Positions 1 through 9,917 of a DNA stretch of 64,000 bases are shown piece after piece (position 1 is the stretch's first letter; every line of letters begins with the position of its first letter). The stretch spans positions 337,073-401,072 of the forward strand of contig JAQULM010000001.1 in assembly GCA_028718605.1 (NCBI GenBank), read 5' to 3'. Made by a program: the position numbers and the translations under genes. The notes beneath the pieces are model-generated. The model was not told the DNA's origin and made no database searches. It was given only the letters and a program-made list of their open reading frames with translations. Source of the DNA: Patescibacteria group bacterium (lineage in GTDB: Bacteria; Patescibacteriota; Patescibacteriia; UBA10025; JAHIVO01).

Positions 1-434
1 CATGCCGGATCGATGACGATGTAGTGGCCGAAACCAACGCTCCATCCCATCTTTTTTCCGTCTTCTGCCGTTGCCGGCGAGCTCGTCGCTTGCATACCGC
101 CGATGACCTCGCCTGATTCGTTCTTCAGGACTTTCAGGTAAAAATCAAAGTTTCTTTCGCTTGCGTCCGTGCTGTTCTCGCGCATTGCGTTTTGCTGGGC
201 TTCGAGGGTATCGACCTCATCCGGATCAAACGTTCTTTCTAGCAAACCGTGGAACTCGCGTGCTTCCGGGGATTCTGGATCCTTTATTTCTTCGAGAAAA
301 AAACGCATCCCATTCTCGCAGGTAATTTCCAGCCGCCCGTCCGGCAAAAGCTCACGGTTGCGGATTTTTCCCTCATTCTGGGAATGTATTTCCTCTGCAA
401 CTTCAGGTGCGTTCTGGCATGTTTCAACGCCCAT
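1..434 (-). CDS. partial CDS (3' end outside window), possible GNAT-family acetyltransferase
   Basis: Manual translation, not in the ORF track: ATG at 434 opens MGVETCQNAPE...FYLKVLKNESGEVIGGMQA...GFGHYIVIDPA, running off the window edge. The 'GEVIGG...YIVIDP' pattern resembles GNAT beta3/beta4. Confidence 0.55.
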   Translation of the reverse strand, partial: MGVETCQNAPEVAEEIHSQNEGKIRNRELLPDGRLEITCENGMRFFLEEIKDPESPEAREFHGLLERTFDPDEVDTLEAQQNAMRENSTDASERNFDFYLKVLKNESGEVIGGMQATSSPATAEDGKKMGWSVGFGHYIVIDPA

Positions 435-452
435 AACCAATAAATAATATAT

Positions 453-1085
453 TTATGACGCCAGTTCCTGCAGCACACGCAGGTTCTGCCGCACGTCCCC
501 GCCGCCGAATATCGCCGAGCCGACGGTAATATTGAAAACGCCGACTTTCGCGATTTGCTCGATGGTTTCTTTGCTCGCGCCGCCGTCGAGTGCAACCAGG
601 TGGTCCGGGTGCTGGTTGAGAAATTCGTTGATTTTTTCTAATACCTCCGGATGGAACGCCCTGCCCTGGGCTCCGGGCGTAACGCCCATAAAAAGCACAT
701 TGTCGATCGTCTCCGTATAATCCTCGATTGCGGCGAGCGGGGTTTCTGGATTGATCGCCAGCCCCGGCTCGATCTCCATCTGCTTGATCATGCTGATAAG
801 GTCAGCAGGTTCAGGCACTGCCTCAATATGGAAATAGATTCGCTTCCACTGTTCTGGCTGGAAATACGGGAGCCATGCGGCAGGATCCATGACCATGAGG
901 TGCGCTTCGAGCTTATACGGCGCAGTGAGCTGCCCTGCTTCGTCCGCGGTGATAGAAACCGTATCCACGAACTGTCCGTCCATGAAATCAACTTGCGCCA
1001 GGTCAACGAGGCCAGACAGCGCATTGATCTGCGACTGGGCCTTCAGCGCGTCGTTGGTGAGGATCGCCGGGACAATAACGCTCAT
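453..1085 (-). CDS. rpe: ribulose-phosphate 3-epimerase
   Basis: Motifs VDFMDGQFV, EAHLMV, FHIEA, GLAINPETP, MGVTPGAQG, LDGG and VGSAIF. Confidence 0.95.
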   Translation of the reverse strand: MSVIVPAILTNDALKAQSQINALSGLVDLAQVDFMDGQFVDTVSITADEAGQLTAPYKLEAHLMVMDPAAWLPYFQPEQWKRIYFHIEAVPEPADLISMIKQMEIEPGLAINPETPLAAIEDYTETIDNVLFMGVTPGAQGRAFHPEVLEKINEFLNQHPDHLVALDGGASKETIEQIAKVGVFNITVGSAIFGGGDVRQNLRVLQELAS

Positions 1086-1531
1086 ACGCTCCCCCGTTCA
1101 ATTGCTTTAACTTTTTTCAAACGCCGCACCCGGCGCGACTGCCGATCAAACGGTTCCTTCAGCCACGCGCGCGCGATCTTGGCCGCCATCGGGTACGAAA
1201 CAAAGCCCTGCCCGAGGCACAGGACGTTGGTGTCGTCGTGGATGCGCGATGAGCGCGCGTACGCCGGCGTCATCGCGACGATCGCACGCACGCCGTGCAC
1301 CTTATTCGCCGCCATGCACATCCCCGCGCCGTTGTGGCACACCAAAATCCCCCTGCCGCCCGTGCGCGCCACTTTCAGCGCCACGCGTTTCGCGAAATCA
1401 GGGTAATCATCGACCGGATCGAAAACGTCGTTCCCGAGGTCCTCAACAGGTATGCCAATCCGCTGAAAGTACTCGACGAGCTGCCCTTTCAGCTGGAATC
1501 CTGCATGATCGGCTCCGATAAAAACCTTCAT
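1082..1531 (-). CDS. rpiB: ribose-5-phosphate isomerase B
   Basis: Motifs IGADHAGF, DYPDFA, GILVCHNGAGMCMAANKVHGVRA and NVLCLG; overlaps rpe by 4 nt. Confidence 0.95.
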   Translation of the reverse strand: MKVFIGADHAGFQLKGQLVEYFQRIGIPVEDLGNDVFDPVDDYPDFAKRVALKVARTGGRGILVCHNGAGMCMAANKVHGVRAIVAMTPAYARSSRIHDDTNVLCLGQGFVSYPMAAKIARAWLKEPFDRQSRRVRRLKKVKAIERGSV

Positions 1532-1612
1532 ACAGATAATAAATCAGTATCTCTTCCTGCATTCACTATACACGATATTCGGGGATATGAAAACTGCGCA
1601 CAGCGTAAAATT

Positions 1613-2308
1613 CTACGCTCCTAAAACAAAGCGCTCAATGACTTTCGTTACTGACGGATGGCACACCGGGCTCGTCACCACCAATGCAATTTCGCGGATT
1701 TCAACCGTGCCGATGGCAGTATCTTTTAACGAACGCACGGCTTCAAAAAACTGCGCGGACGGCTGCTGCGTGAACCGGCACACATTCACGTTCCCGAAAA
1801 AAACGTCCTCGGAGGCGTACTTCTTGTCGTCTGGCACCCCTGCCTGCTTGAGCGCCTGCCGCACGTCAAGCACCAAATCCCGCAGCATTTCATCCGAGTA
1901 CCCGCGTATTGAGATACTCGTTGGCAGCTGAAAAAGGCCATGGAGTTCAATGCTGAAGGGCTGATGCTTCCGTGTGGCATGGTAGAATGCTTGCCGGGCA
2001 TGCTCGACGTCGCGCCCGGAAAACGGCGGCGGATCTGCGGCAAGCCGCACGTTCCGGATCGTCATATGCAGCGAATCGAGAGGATAATAATACTGGCGGT
2101 TGTCTGCCTGCTGCAGTGGCGCGATGACTGACGTGCCAATGGCTTGACTAATGTCCGATGGGATAAAAACGAGGCCGGTCAGGCACCGGCGTGGGTCAGC
2201 GGCGAAGTCGCCCACCGGATCAATGAGCGTTGACGGCGCCCTGCCTTCCTTGAACCCCCGCTCCATGTCCTCGAAGAGCTCAAACTGGCGTTGCTGGTAT
2301 GTTGTCAT
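1613..2308 (-). CDS. 2H phosphoesterase / 2'-5' RNA ligase-like protein
   Basis: First HxT motif is present (SLHMTI) with PFSIELHGL downstream; the second HxT position appears degenerate (GNVNVCRF). Confidence 0.65.
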   Translation of the reverse strand: MTTYQQRQFELFEDMERGFKEGRAPSTLIDPVGDFAADPRRCLTGLVFIPSDISQAIGTSVIAPLQQADNRQYYYPLDSLHMTIRNVRLAADPPPFSGRDVEHARQAFYHATRKHQPFSIELHGLFQLPTSISIRGYSDEMLRDLVLDVRQALKQAGVPDDKKYASEDVFFGNVNVCRFTQQPSAQFFEAVRSLKDTAIGTVEIREIALVVTSPVCHPSVTKVIERFVLGA

Positions 2309-3357
2309 CGCCTCCGGTAGCGTAAGTGGTCGTACCCGAACCGGACAAAATCCTTGAACGTCGTTTTCAGGAACTGGAAATTGTCAAACTCGGACTCGTA
2401 CCCGACGAGCTCAGCAAAACCGACCCCTGAAACGCGCTTGCCTCCGACAGTTGCGTCAATATCCAGCGGCCCTTCCCAGTAATTAATCGTGCCAAACAGC
2501 ATTTCCTGGCGCGGGACAAGCGCATGCGCTTCCATGGAAATTTTCTGGTCAGGAACTGTTATCTTCCACTGGAGCGGATACCGCGCTTTTGTTTTGGGGC
2601 TCTGCCAGTACGGCTTGAGTGGCTGCACGGCGAGCTTCGAACTGTGCGAAACATGGCCGTCGGGATGCACAATGCCCGCGAGGAGCGTTTTCCGGCCGGT
2701 TTTGCCATACTCGATGCACACGAGTTCCATTGAATTTTCCAGCTGTATGGAAAACCACGTCCACTTGTTCTTTTCGTACGGAACATTTGCCCACTGGTGG
2801 TCCATCCAGGACTTGCCGATAACCGAAATCCAGCGGCCCCGCACGCGGATGCGCCCCTTGGTATGCAGATGGGTCAGCGAATAGTAATACGTCGACTTGC
2901 CGTCCGCGAGCCGGATGTAACCCTTGCCCCCTTCAAGGAGCGGCTTCTTTTTCGATTCCAGTTCCAGCTCAAGGTCCTCGGTTTTTATCCAGTACCGCCC
3001 GGGGCGGGTTTCCACCATCTCATGGTTCGTGTACCTGCTGGTTATCAGCGGATTCATATAATTAATAAACAGCAGCTTCTGCCGGAAACTGTCGTTGGAT
3101 ATCAGAGATACGTAATCAATATGCGGCGTGAACCGCTTTGCGCGCACGTCAGTAAGGAGCGAATGCGAAAAGTAATGCATGGCCACGGGCACCGCTTTGA
3201 TAAAAGGAAAGTTGACCTTTTTTATATCCGCCCGAAACAGGCAATCCATGTACGCATACCGGTTGCCCTGGCGGTCCCATACGTTCCCGTTCCAGTACCA
3301 CCATTCGATGGTATGGTCGTGCACCTGCTCGTCTCGTGGAAATCGTACTGGCTTCAT
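2305..3357 (-). CDS. lipocalin-like / CrtC-AttH family protein (predicted secreted hydrolase-like)
   Basis: Motifs H...EWWYWNG, YYYSLT, G.SWMDHQW, WTWFSIQL, YPLQW, YWEG and GVGFAELVGY. Confidence 0.85.
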   Translation of the reverse strand: MKPVRFPRDEQVHDHTIEWWYWNGNVWDRQGNRYAYMDCLFRADIKKVNFPFIKAVPVAMHYFSHSLLTDVRAKRFTPHIDYVSLISNDSFRQKLLFINYMNPLITSRYTNHEMVETRPGRYWIKTEDLELELESKKKPLLEGGKGYIRLADGKSTYYYSLTHLHTKGRIRVRGRWISVIGKSWMDHQWANVPYEKNKWTWFSIQLENSMELVCIEYGKTGRKTLLAGIVHPDGHVSHSSKLAVQPLKPYWQSPKTKARYPLQWKITVPDQKISMEAHALVPRQEMLFGTINYWEGPLDIDATVGGKRVSGVGFAELVGYESEFDNFQFLKTTFKDFVRFGYDHLRYRRR

Positions 3358-3555
3358 ATCGCATTTTCAGTAAACTCAATCGGGGATATCGGCCCTGGAC
3401 TTGCCCTATCATTCGAGAGGGCATCCCATCGGATGATGGGATGAACCCACGGCCTCATGCTCCAGGGCACGTCGGCGGTTCCCGTGTCGCCGTGCCCGCG
3501 CTCGCGGCGCCTTGCATGTGTAATCCAACCACTTAACGTATTATCTAGCTTTGGG

Positions 3556-3629
3556 TCGGGGTGCCGGGACTTGAACCCGGGGCCTCATGCACCCCATGCA
3601 TGCGCGCTAGCCAACTGCGCCACACCCCG
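3556..3629 (-). tRNA. tRNA-Pro(GGG), CCA not encoded
   Basis: Cloverleaf on the minus strand: acceptor CGGGGTG/CACCCCG, D arm GCGC..GCGC, anticodon arm CATGC-ATGGGGT-GCATG, T arm CCGGG-TTCAAGT-CCCGG. Confidence 0.95.
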
Positions 3630-3696
3630 ACCCAAAGCTACATTATTCCAAGGTATATACAGTATACCGATTTAAAAAAGTATGCACAAATGAATA

Positions 3697-3727
3697 AAGC
3701 CCCCGCTCGAGGTCGATACGGGGGCTT
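3697..3727 (-). terminator. probable intrinsic terminator downstream of 3763..3990
   Basis: 9-bp stem AAGCCCCCG/CGGGGGCTT followed on the minus strand by TATTCATTT. Confidence 0.55.
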
Positions 3728-3762
3728 ATGCTTGCAGGGAGAACCAGCTGAGGCGCTGGTGG

Positions 3763-3990
3763 TCATGCTTCCGGGTACGTAAGCGTGCACACTGCCTCGA
3801 TGGTGATTTCGGGGCATCGCTCCAATACTAGCAGCGCGGCCTCCCGCGTTAAGCGCAGCTTCACTTCCTGCCACCCGTTGTGCGCGCTGAGCGTCCCGAG
3901 GACGCTTTCAGCGGCTCCGCCATCCATGTGCGTTTCAGCTGGCAACGGGCTGAATCCGGGGCAATTGTCCAACCCTAAACCTTGTTTCAT
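3763..3990 (-). CDS. small hypothetical protein (75 aa)
   Basis: Strong SD AGGAGG-ACAT-ATG and a downstream hairpin; no recognisable family. Confidence 0.55.
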   Translation of the reverse strand: MKQGLGLDNCPGFSPLPAETHMDGGAAESVLGTLSAHNGWQEVKLRLTREAALLVLERCPEITIEAVCTLTYPEA

Positions 3991-4140
3991 ATGTCCTCCT
4001 TGTTTGACGAACGTGAACGTTGTTTGTTTATGGTATTTCTTTTTTATTTGCGATCATGCAAAGCCTCGACTTCACGTCGGGCGAAGCATACCTATGAGGG
4101 AAAAAGAGCTGATGAGAAAAAACCGAAGGTTTTGTCTCAT

Positions 4141-4167
4141 AAAAAAACCGAGCCGCTTGCCGGCTCG
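4141..4167 (-). terminator. intrinsic terminator
   Basis: Stem CGAGCCG/CGGCTCG with a 5-nt loop, then GT7 on the minus strand. Confidence 0.7.
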
Positions 4168-4199
4168 ACTGTATCCTTTTTAAAATCAACTATCCGATG

Positions 4200-4307
4200 C
4201 TACAGCCCAACCAACAAGCCGCTCACAATAATAATAATGCCAATAACAAGCACGGCGCCGATGACGGTGTAGAGTTCGCTTCGAGTTTTTGCTATGCTGT
4301 GCTCCAT
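4200..4307 (-). CDS. 35-aa single-TM small protein (not in ORF track)
   Basis: MEHSIAKTRSELYTVIGAVLVIGIIIIVSGLLVGL*, with its own promoter upstream and a terminator downstream. Confidence 0.6.
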   Translation of the reverse strand: MEHSIAKTRSELYTVIGAVLVIGIIIIVSGLLVGL

Positions 4308-4327
4308 ATTTAAATTCAGTTTTCCCA

Positions 4328-4355
4328 AGTGTAGCACACGCGCTGCGGCTGTCAA
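4328..4355 (-). promoter_or_regulatory. sigma70-type promoter for the 35-aa ORF
   Basis: TTGACA-16 nt-TACACT with extended -10 TG. Confidence 0.5.
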
Positions 4356-4361
4356 ATACTA

Positions 4362-4958
4362 CTAAAACATGATATCCTCATCGGCGCGCTTGTATGCATG
4401 GATTTCATTTTTCCTGAACCAGAGCTCCTCTTCAAATTTCGCTTCTTCGACATTCCCTGACGCATGAAGCATATTCCGGACCGTCCTGCCTTTGTTATTG
4501 GCGAGGATCGGCGAATCAAGTGAATAGTCACCGCGAATCGTACCCGGCACGGCAAACCGCGGCAATGTATGCCCTACCATCATCCGCACGTTATCGACGG
4601 CATGCAAACCCTGGAGGAGAATCGCGACGACCGGTCCCGAGCTCAGGAAATCCATATTCCACTTGCGGACCATTTTCCCGATTTCATACGGGTCTTTTGT
4701 CCCGAGCTCTTCGTTGGGATCCTTGCCGTATTCTGCGTAGGTCTTCAGCGTCTTGTTGCCGACAGCAGTGAGATAATCTTTGTTGTCGGAGTAATGCTTC
4801 GCAACCATATCAGCATTGACCCAGACCATTTTCATGGCAGCAATCTTCAAGCCGGCTTTTTCGAAACGTGCGATAATTTCCCCGATGAGGCCGCGCTTGA
4901 CCGTATCTGGCTTGAGTAAAATGACCGATCGTTCATTTTGCGGTTCTGGTTTCGCCAT
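4362..4958 (-). CDS. ndk: nucleoside diphosphate kinase
   Basis: Motifs LLKPDTVKRGLIGEII, SGPVVA, PGTIRGDY and RNMLHASG (catalytic His). Confidence 0.95.
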   Translation of the reverse strand: MAKPEPQNERSVILLKPDTVKRGLIGEIIARFEKAGLKIAAMKMVWVNADMVAKHYSDNKDYLTAVGNKTLKTYAEYGKDPNEELGTKDPYEIGKMVRKWNMDFLSSGPVVAILLQGLHAVDNVRMMVGHTLPRFAVPGTIRGDYSLDSPILANNKGRTVRNMLHASGNVEEAKFEEELWFRKNEIHAYKRADEDIMF

Positions 4959-4962
4959 AGTA

Positions 4963-5397
4963 TTACTCTTTCTGCATTCGTTTGGTTAGGATATATTTCA
5001 CTTTTTCCACAATTTCAGCCGGTGTGTGGTTTGCCTTAATAAAATAATCATCCGCGCCGAGTTCCCTGCCCTTCTCGACGTCTTCTGACTGGCCGAGGTT
5101 GGTGAGGAGGAGGATGTGGGTATTCGACATATTCGGGTCGCTCTTCAGTTCCTTCAGGACGGCAAATCCGTCGAGCTTGGGCATGATGATATCGAGCAGT
5201 ACGAGGTCAGGCTTCTCGCGCTTGGCGACTTCGAGGCCTTTTGCCCCGTCCTCGGCGCGCATGACCTGCAGCCCTTCCTTAGAAAACTTCGTGATATACA
5301 TGTCAGCGAGCATCTTGTCGTCCTCGACGAGAAGAATTTTCGACTGGAATTTGCTGTCTGTGATTCCGGCTAGTTGGGTTTTGGGGGCTGGTGTCAT
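4963..5397 (-). CDS. single-domain response regulator (CheY-like receiver)
   Basis: Motifs ILLVEDD, LLDIIMPKLDG, LLTN and GADDYFIK; no output domain. Confidence 0.9.
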   Translation of the reverse strand: MTPAPKTQLAGITDSKFQSKILLVEDDKMLADMYITKFSKEGLQVMRAEDGAKGLEVAKREKPDLVLLDIIMPKLDGFAVLKELKSDPNMSNTHILLLTNLGQSEDVEKGRELGADDYFIKANHTPAEIVEKVKYILTKRMQKE

Positions 5398-5457
5398 ATG
5401 CGTGGCGTATTGATAAGTATTGGTTACTTTGTATTGTACCGAACGAAAATGCTCATG

Positions 5458-6927
5458 TCAATTGAGCGGAGGGCGCTTCGTATGCCATTCAGTTGCCTGT
5501 TCATAGGCATAGGCAGCGCGGAGAAGCGCGGCTTCATCAAACGGTTTAGCTATAATCTGGAGCCCGACAGGCAATCCCTTGCTCAATCCGCACGGCAATG
5601 AAATCGCGCAAATGCCCCCGATGTTCGCCGGCACCGTATAGATGTCTGATAAATACATAAGGAGCGGGTCGGTAAATTTTTCACCGAGCTTGAACGCTAT
5701 GCTCGGGGATGTCGGCGTTACGAGGCAGTCAACTTCCTTGAATACTCCCTGGAATTCCTTCGCGATGAGCGCCCGCACTTTCTGCGCCTGCACATAGTAG
5801 CGGTCATGGTACCCTGCGGAGAGCGCAAATGTGCCTAAGATAATGCGGCGCTTTACCTCATCGCCAAGCCCACGCGCCCTGGTTTTTTGGTACACCTCCA
5901 TCAAGGTTTTAACTGATGCTGTTTTATCATTCATTGCCGAATACCCGTACCGTATGCCGTCAAACCGGGCGAGATTTGTCGAAACTTCGGACGTGACAGT
6001 CAACTGGTACACCGCGAGTGCGTATTTCGTCAACGGCAAGCTGACGTCCACAACAGCTGCGCCAAGTTCTTTCAGCTTTTCAATCGCCGCGCGCACCGCA
6101 GCCTCGATCTCGGGATCCATGCCCTCAATAAAATATTCCCGCGGCACGCCGATCTTCATGCCCTTAACCCCGCGCTTGAGGCTATCGATGGAAACCGGCA
6201 CGGTATCGGCCGTTGTAGCGTCATGCGGATCCTTTCCGGCAATCGCATTCAATACCGATGCCGCATCCTCAACGGTTTTTGTAAGCGGCCCGATCTGGTC
6301 GAGCGATGACGTCATCGCCATCAAGCCGTACCGTGAAACGCTGCCGTACGTTGGTTTCAGCCCGACAGTGCCGCAGAACGACGCCGGTTGCCGGATCGAG
6401 CCGCCCGTGTCGGTGCCGAGCGCTCCGACGCACAAATCGGCGGCAACCGCTGCTGCAGAGCCGCCCGATGATCCGCCGGGCACGCGTGCCACGTCCCAGG
6501 GGTTCGCGGTCTTCGCAAACGCCGAATTCTCCGTGGATGAACCCATGGCAAATTCATCCAGGTTCGTTTTACCTAAGAATATTGCACCCGCATCCCGCAA
6601 CTTTGTTATTACTGCCGCGTCGTACGGAGCGACATACTTCTGGAGCGTCTTTGAGCCTGCTGTTGTCACGCTACCTTTCTGGCATATTAAATCTTTTATT
6701 GCAATTGGGATTCCGCAGAGTGGGCCTGCCGTGCCGTCCTGTATGCGCATGTCGGCTTCCCGAGCCTGGCGCAGAGCATTTTCGGCATCAACGCGCAGAT
6801 ACGCATGCAGGGTGGGATCATGCTTCTTGATGCGGGCGAGATAGAATTCCGTGAGTTCAACCGAAGACAGCTCCCGTGTCCGGAGCTTCTCCCTCGCTGC
6901 GGCAATGGTAAGATTCTCATTCTTCAT
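5458..6927 (-). CDS. gatA: Asp/Glu-tRNA amidotransferase subunit A
   Basis: Motifs GKTNLDEFAMGSSTENS, PGGSSGGSAAAV, GTDTGGSIRQPA and RFDGIRYG. Confidence 0.97.
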   Translation of the reverse strand: MKNENLTIAAAREKLRTRELSSVELTEFYLARIKKHDPTLHAYLRVDAENALRQAREADMRIQDGTAGPLCGIPIAIKDLICQKGSVTTAGSKTLQKYVAPYDAAVITKLRDAGAIFLGKTNLDEFAMGSSTENSAFAKTANPWDVARVPGGSSGGSAAAVAADLCVGALGTDTGGSIRQPASFCGTVGLKPTYGSVSRYGLMAMTSSLDQIGPLTKTVEDAASVLNAIAGKDPHDATTADTVPVSIDSLKRGVKGMKIGVPREYFIEGMDPEIEAAVRAAIEKLKELGAAVVDVSLPLTKYALAVYQLTVTSEVSTNLARFDGIRYGYSAMNDKTASVKTLMEVYQKTRARGLGDEVKRRIILGTFALSAGYHDRYYVQAQKVRALIAKEFQGVFKEVDCLVTPTSPSIAFKLGEKFTDPLLMYLSDIYTVPANIGGICAISLPCGLSKGLPVGLQIIAKPFDEAALLRAAYAYEQATEWHTKRPPLN

Positions 6928-7222
6928 GCTTTTCGTCGCCCATAACTGGTTTTACTTTATTGAGCTTGCCGAACTGCGCCGGAAATTGATCAGTAGAAAG
7001 CGCAGTGTCCTCGATCTGGTCCATCTGGTCGTGGCGCAGTACATTCGAGGAGCGCGTATGGAATGGCACTTCCGAAACAGAGGAAGTGTCGACCTCCTGA
7101 ATTTCCTTCACGTAGTCTAAAATAGAGGAAATTTGGTCGGCAAATAATTCCTTCTCCAGATCAGTGAGCTCAATCCGGGCAAGCGATGCAAGCTTCTCAA
7201 TATCGCGTTCATTCAGTTCCAT
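6917..7222 (-). CDS. gatC: Asp/Glu-tRNA amidotransferase subunit C
   Basis: Motifs IEKLASLARIEL, ILDYV..I.EVDT, LRHD and KVKPV; directly upstream of gatA. Start at 7222 preferred over 7240. Confidence 0.9.
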   Translation of the reverse strand: MELNERDIEKLASLARIELTDLEKELFADQISSILDYVKEIQEVDTSSVSEVPFHTRSSNVLRHDQMDQIEDTALSTDQFPAQFGKLNKVKPVMGDEKHEE

Positions 7223-7350
7223 ACAGAAAAAGTATACCATTTATGCGGGAGTTTCAACAAACGTAAACGGGCAGAATCCCCAATGCACGTTTTCCGCGCA
7301 TTTGACACCAAAATATTGAGTTGATACTATACGCCCTACCTGCAAAGAAA

Positions 7351-7863
7351 GGCAAGGTCGAAGACGCCATTCATTTGGCGGCCCGACGTTAGAGTCGGGT
7401 TCCCCCCTCCTTCGGCCTTGCCGTAAACATACCCCAGGCTCAGAAGAACCATATATACTTCGTGCGACGGCATGCTGGTTCATGAACCTGGGGCCCATTT
7501 TTTTATTTACCAAATAAATAAAACGAGTGATCTTCGGTAAAGACGAGCGCGGCCGCAGAATGCCATGCTTGGAGGAAAAAACAATAAAGAGGTTCGCCTG
7601 CAAAAATGGCTTTCTATGTTTCGGGGTCCGGGGGCCGTTTTTTTATTTGTTATTGATTCTCCTGATCCTTTTCTGCCATCTTCCCGCCCTTATAAAAAAT
7701 TGGTCCGGAAATTTAGCGAGGAGAAGCGTCCCGAAAAGGGGCCGAACCCACTCAAGCGAAGCGGTCGTGGGTCGGCAGCGACGACGAGCAAATTTCCGAA
7801 TATTTTTTTATATCCGGGCGGCGTCTCTTTTCCGTCGCTTTTCTGGACGAGCAGAAAAGCGAC
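7351..7863. other. structured non-coding region (several long hairpins) between ligA and gatC
   Basis: Stems at 7351-7422, 7432-7493 and 7684-7821, plus a perfect 12-bp hairpin at 7834-7863. Confidence 0.5.
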
Positions 7864-7868
7864 AATGC

Positions 7869-9917
<2,049 letters not shown>

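Noticed and set aside
5831-6844. Long antisense ORFs (e.g. opposite gatA, pilB, pilM and the adhesins)
   Set aside because: They are shadow ORFs of well-supported opposite-strand genes.
7380-7415. T-box or c-di-AMP riboswitch upstream of gatC (AGGGGGGAACC; GAACCCGAC.CTAAC)
   Set aside because: It lacks the UGGN bulge needed for a T-box and the 5' conserved elements of the ydaO motif; the resemblance is only partial.
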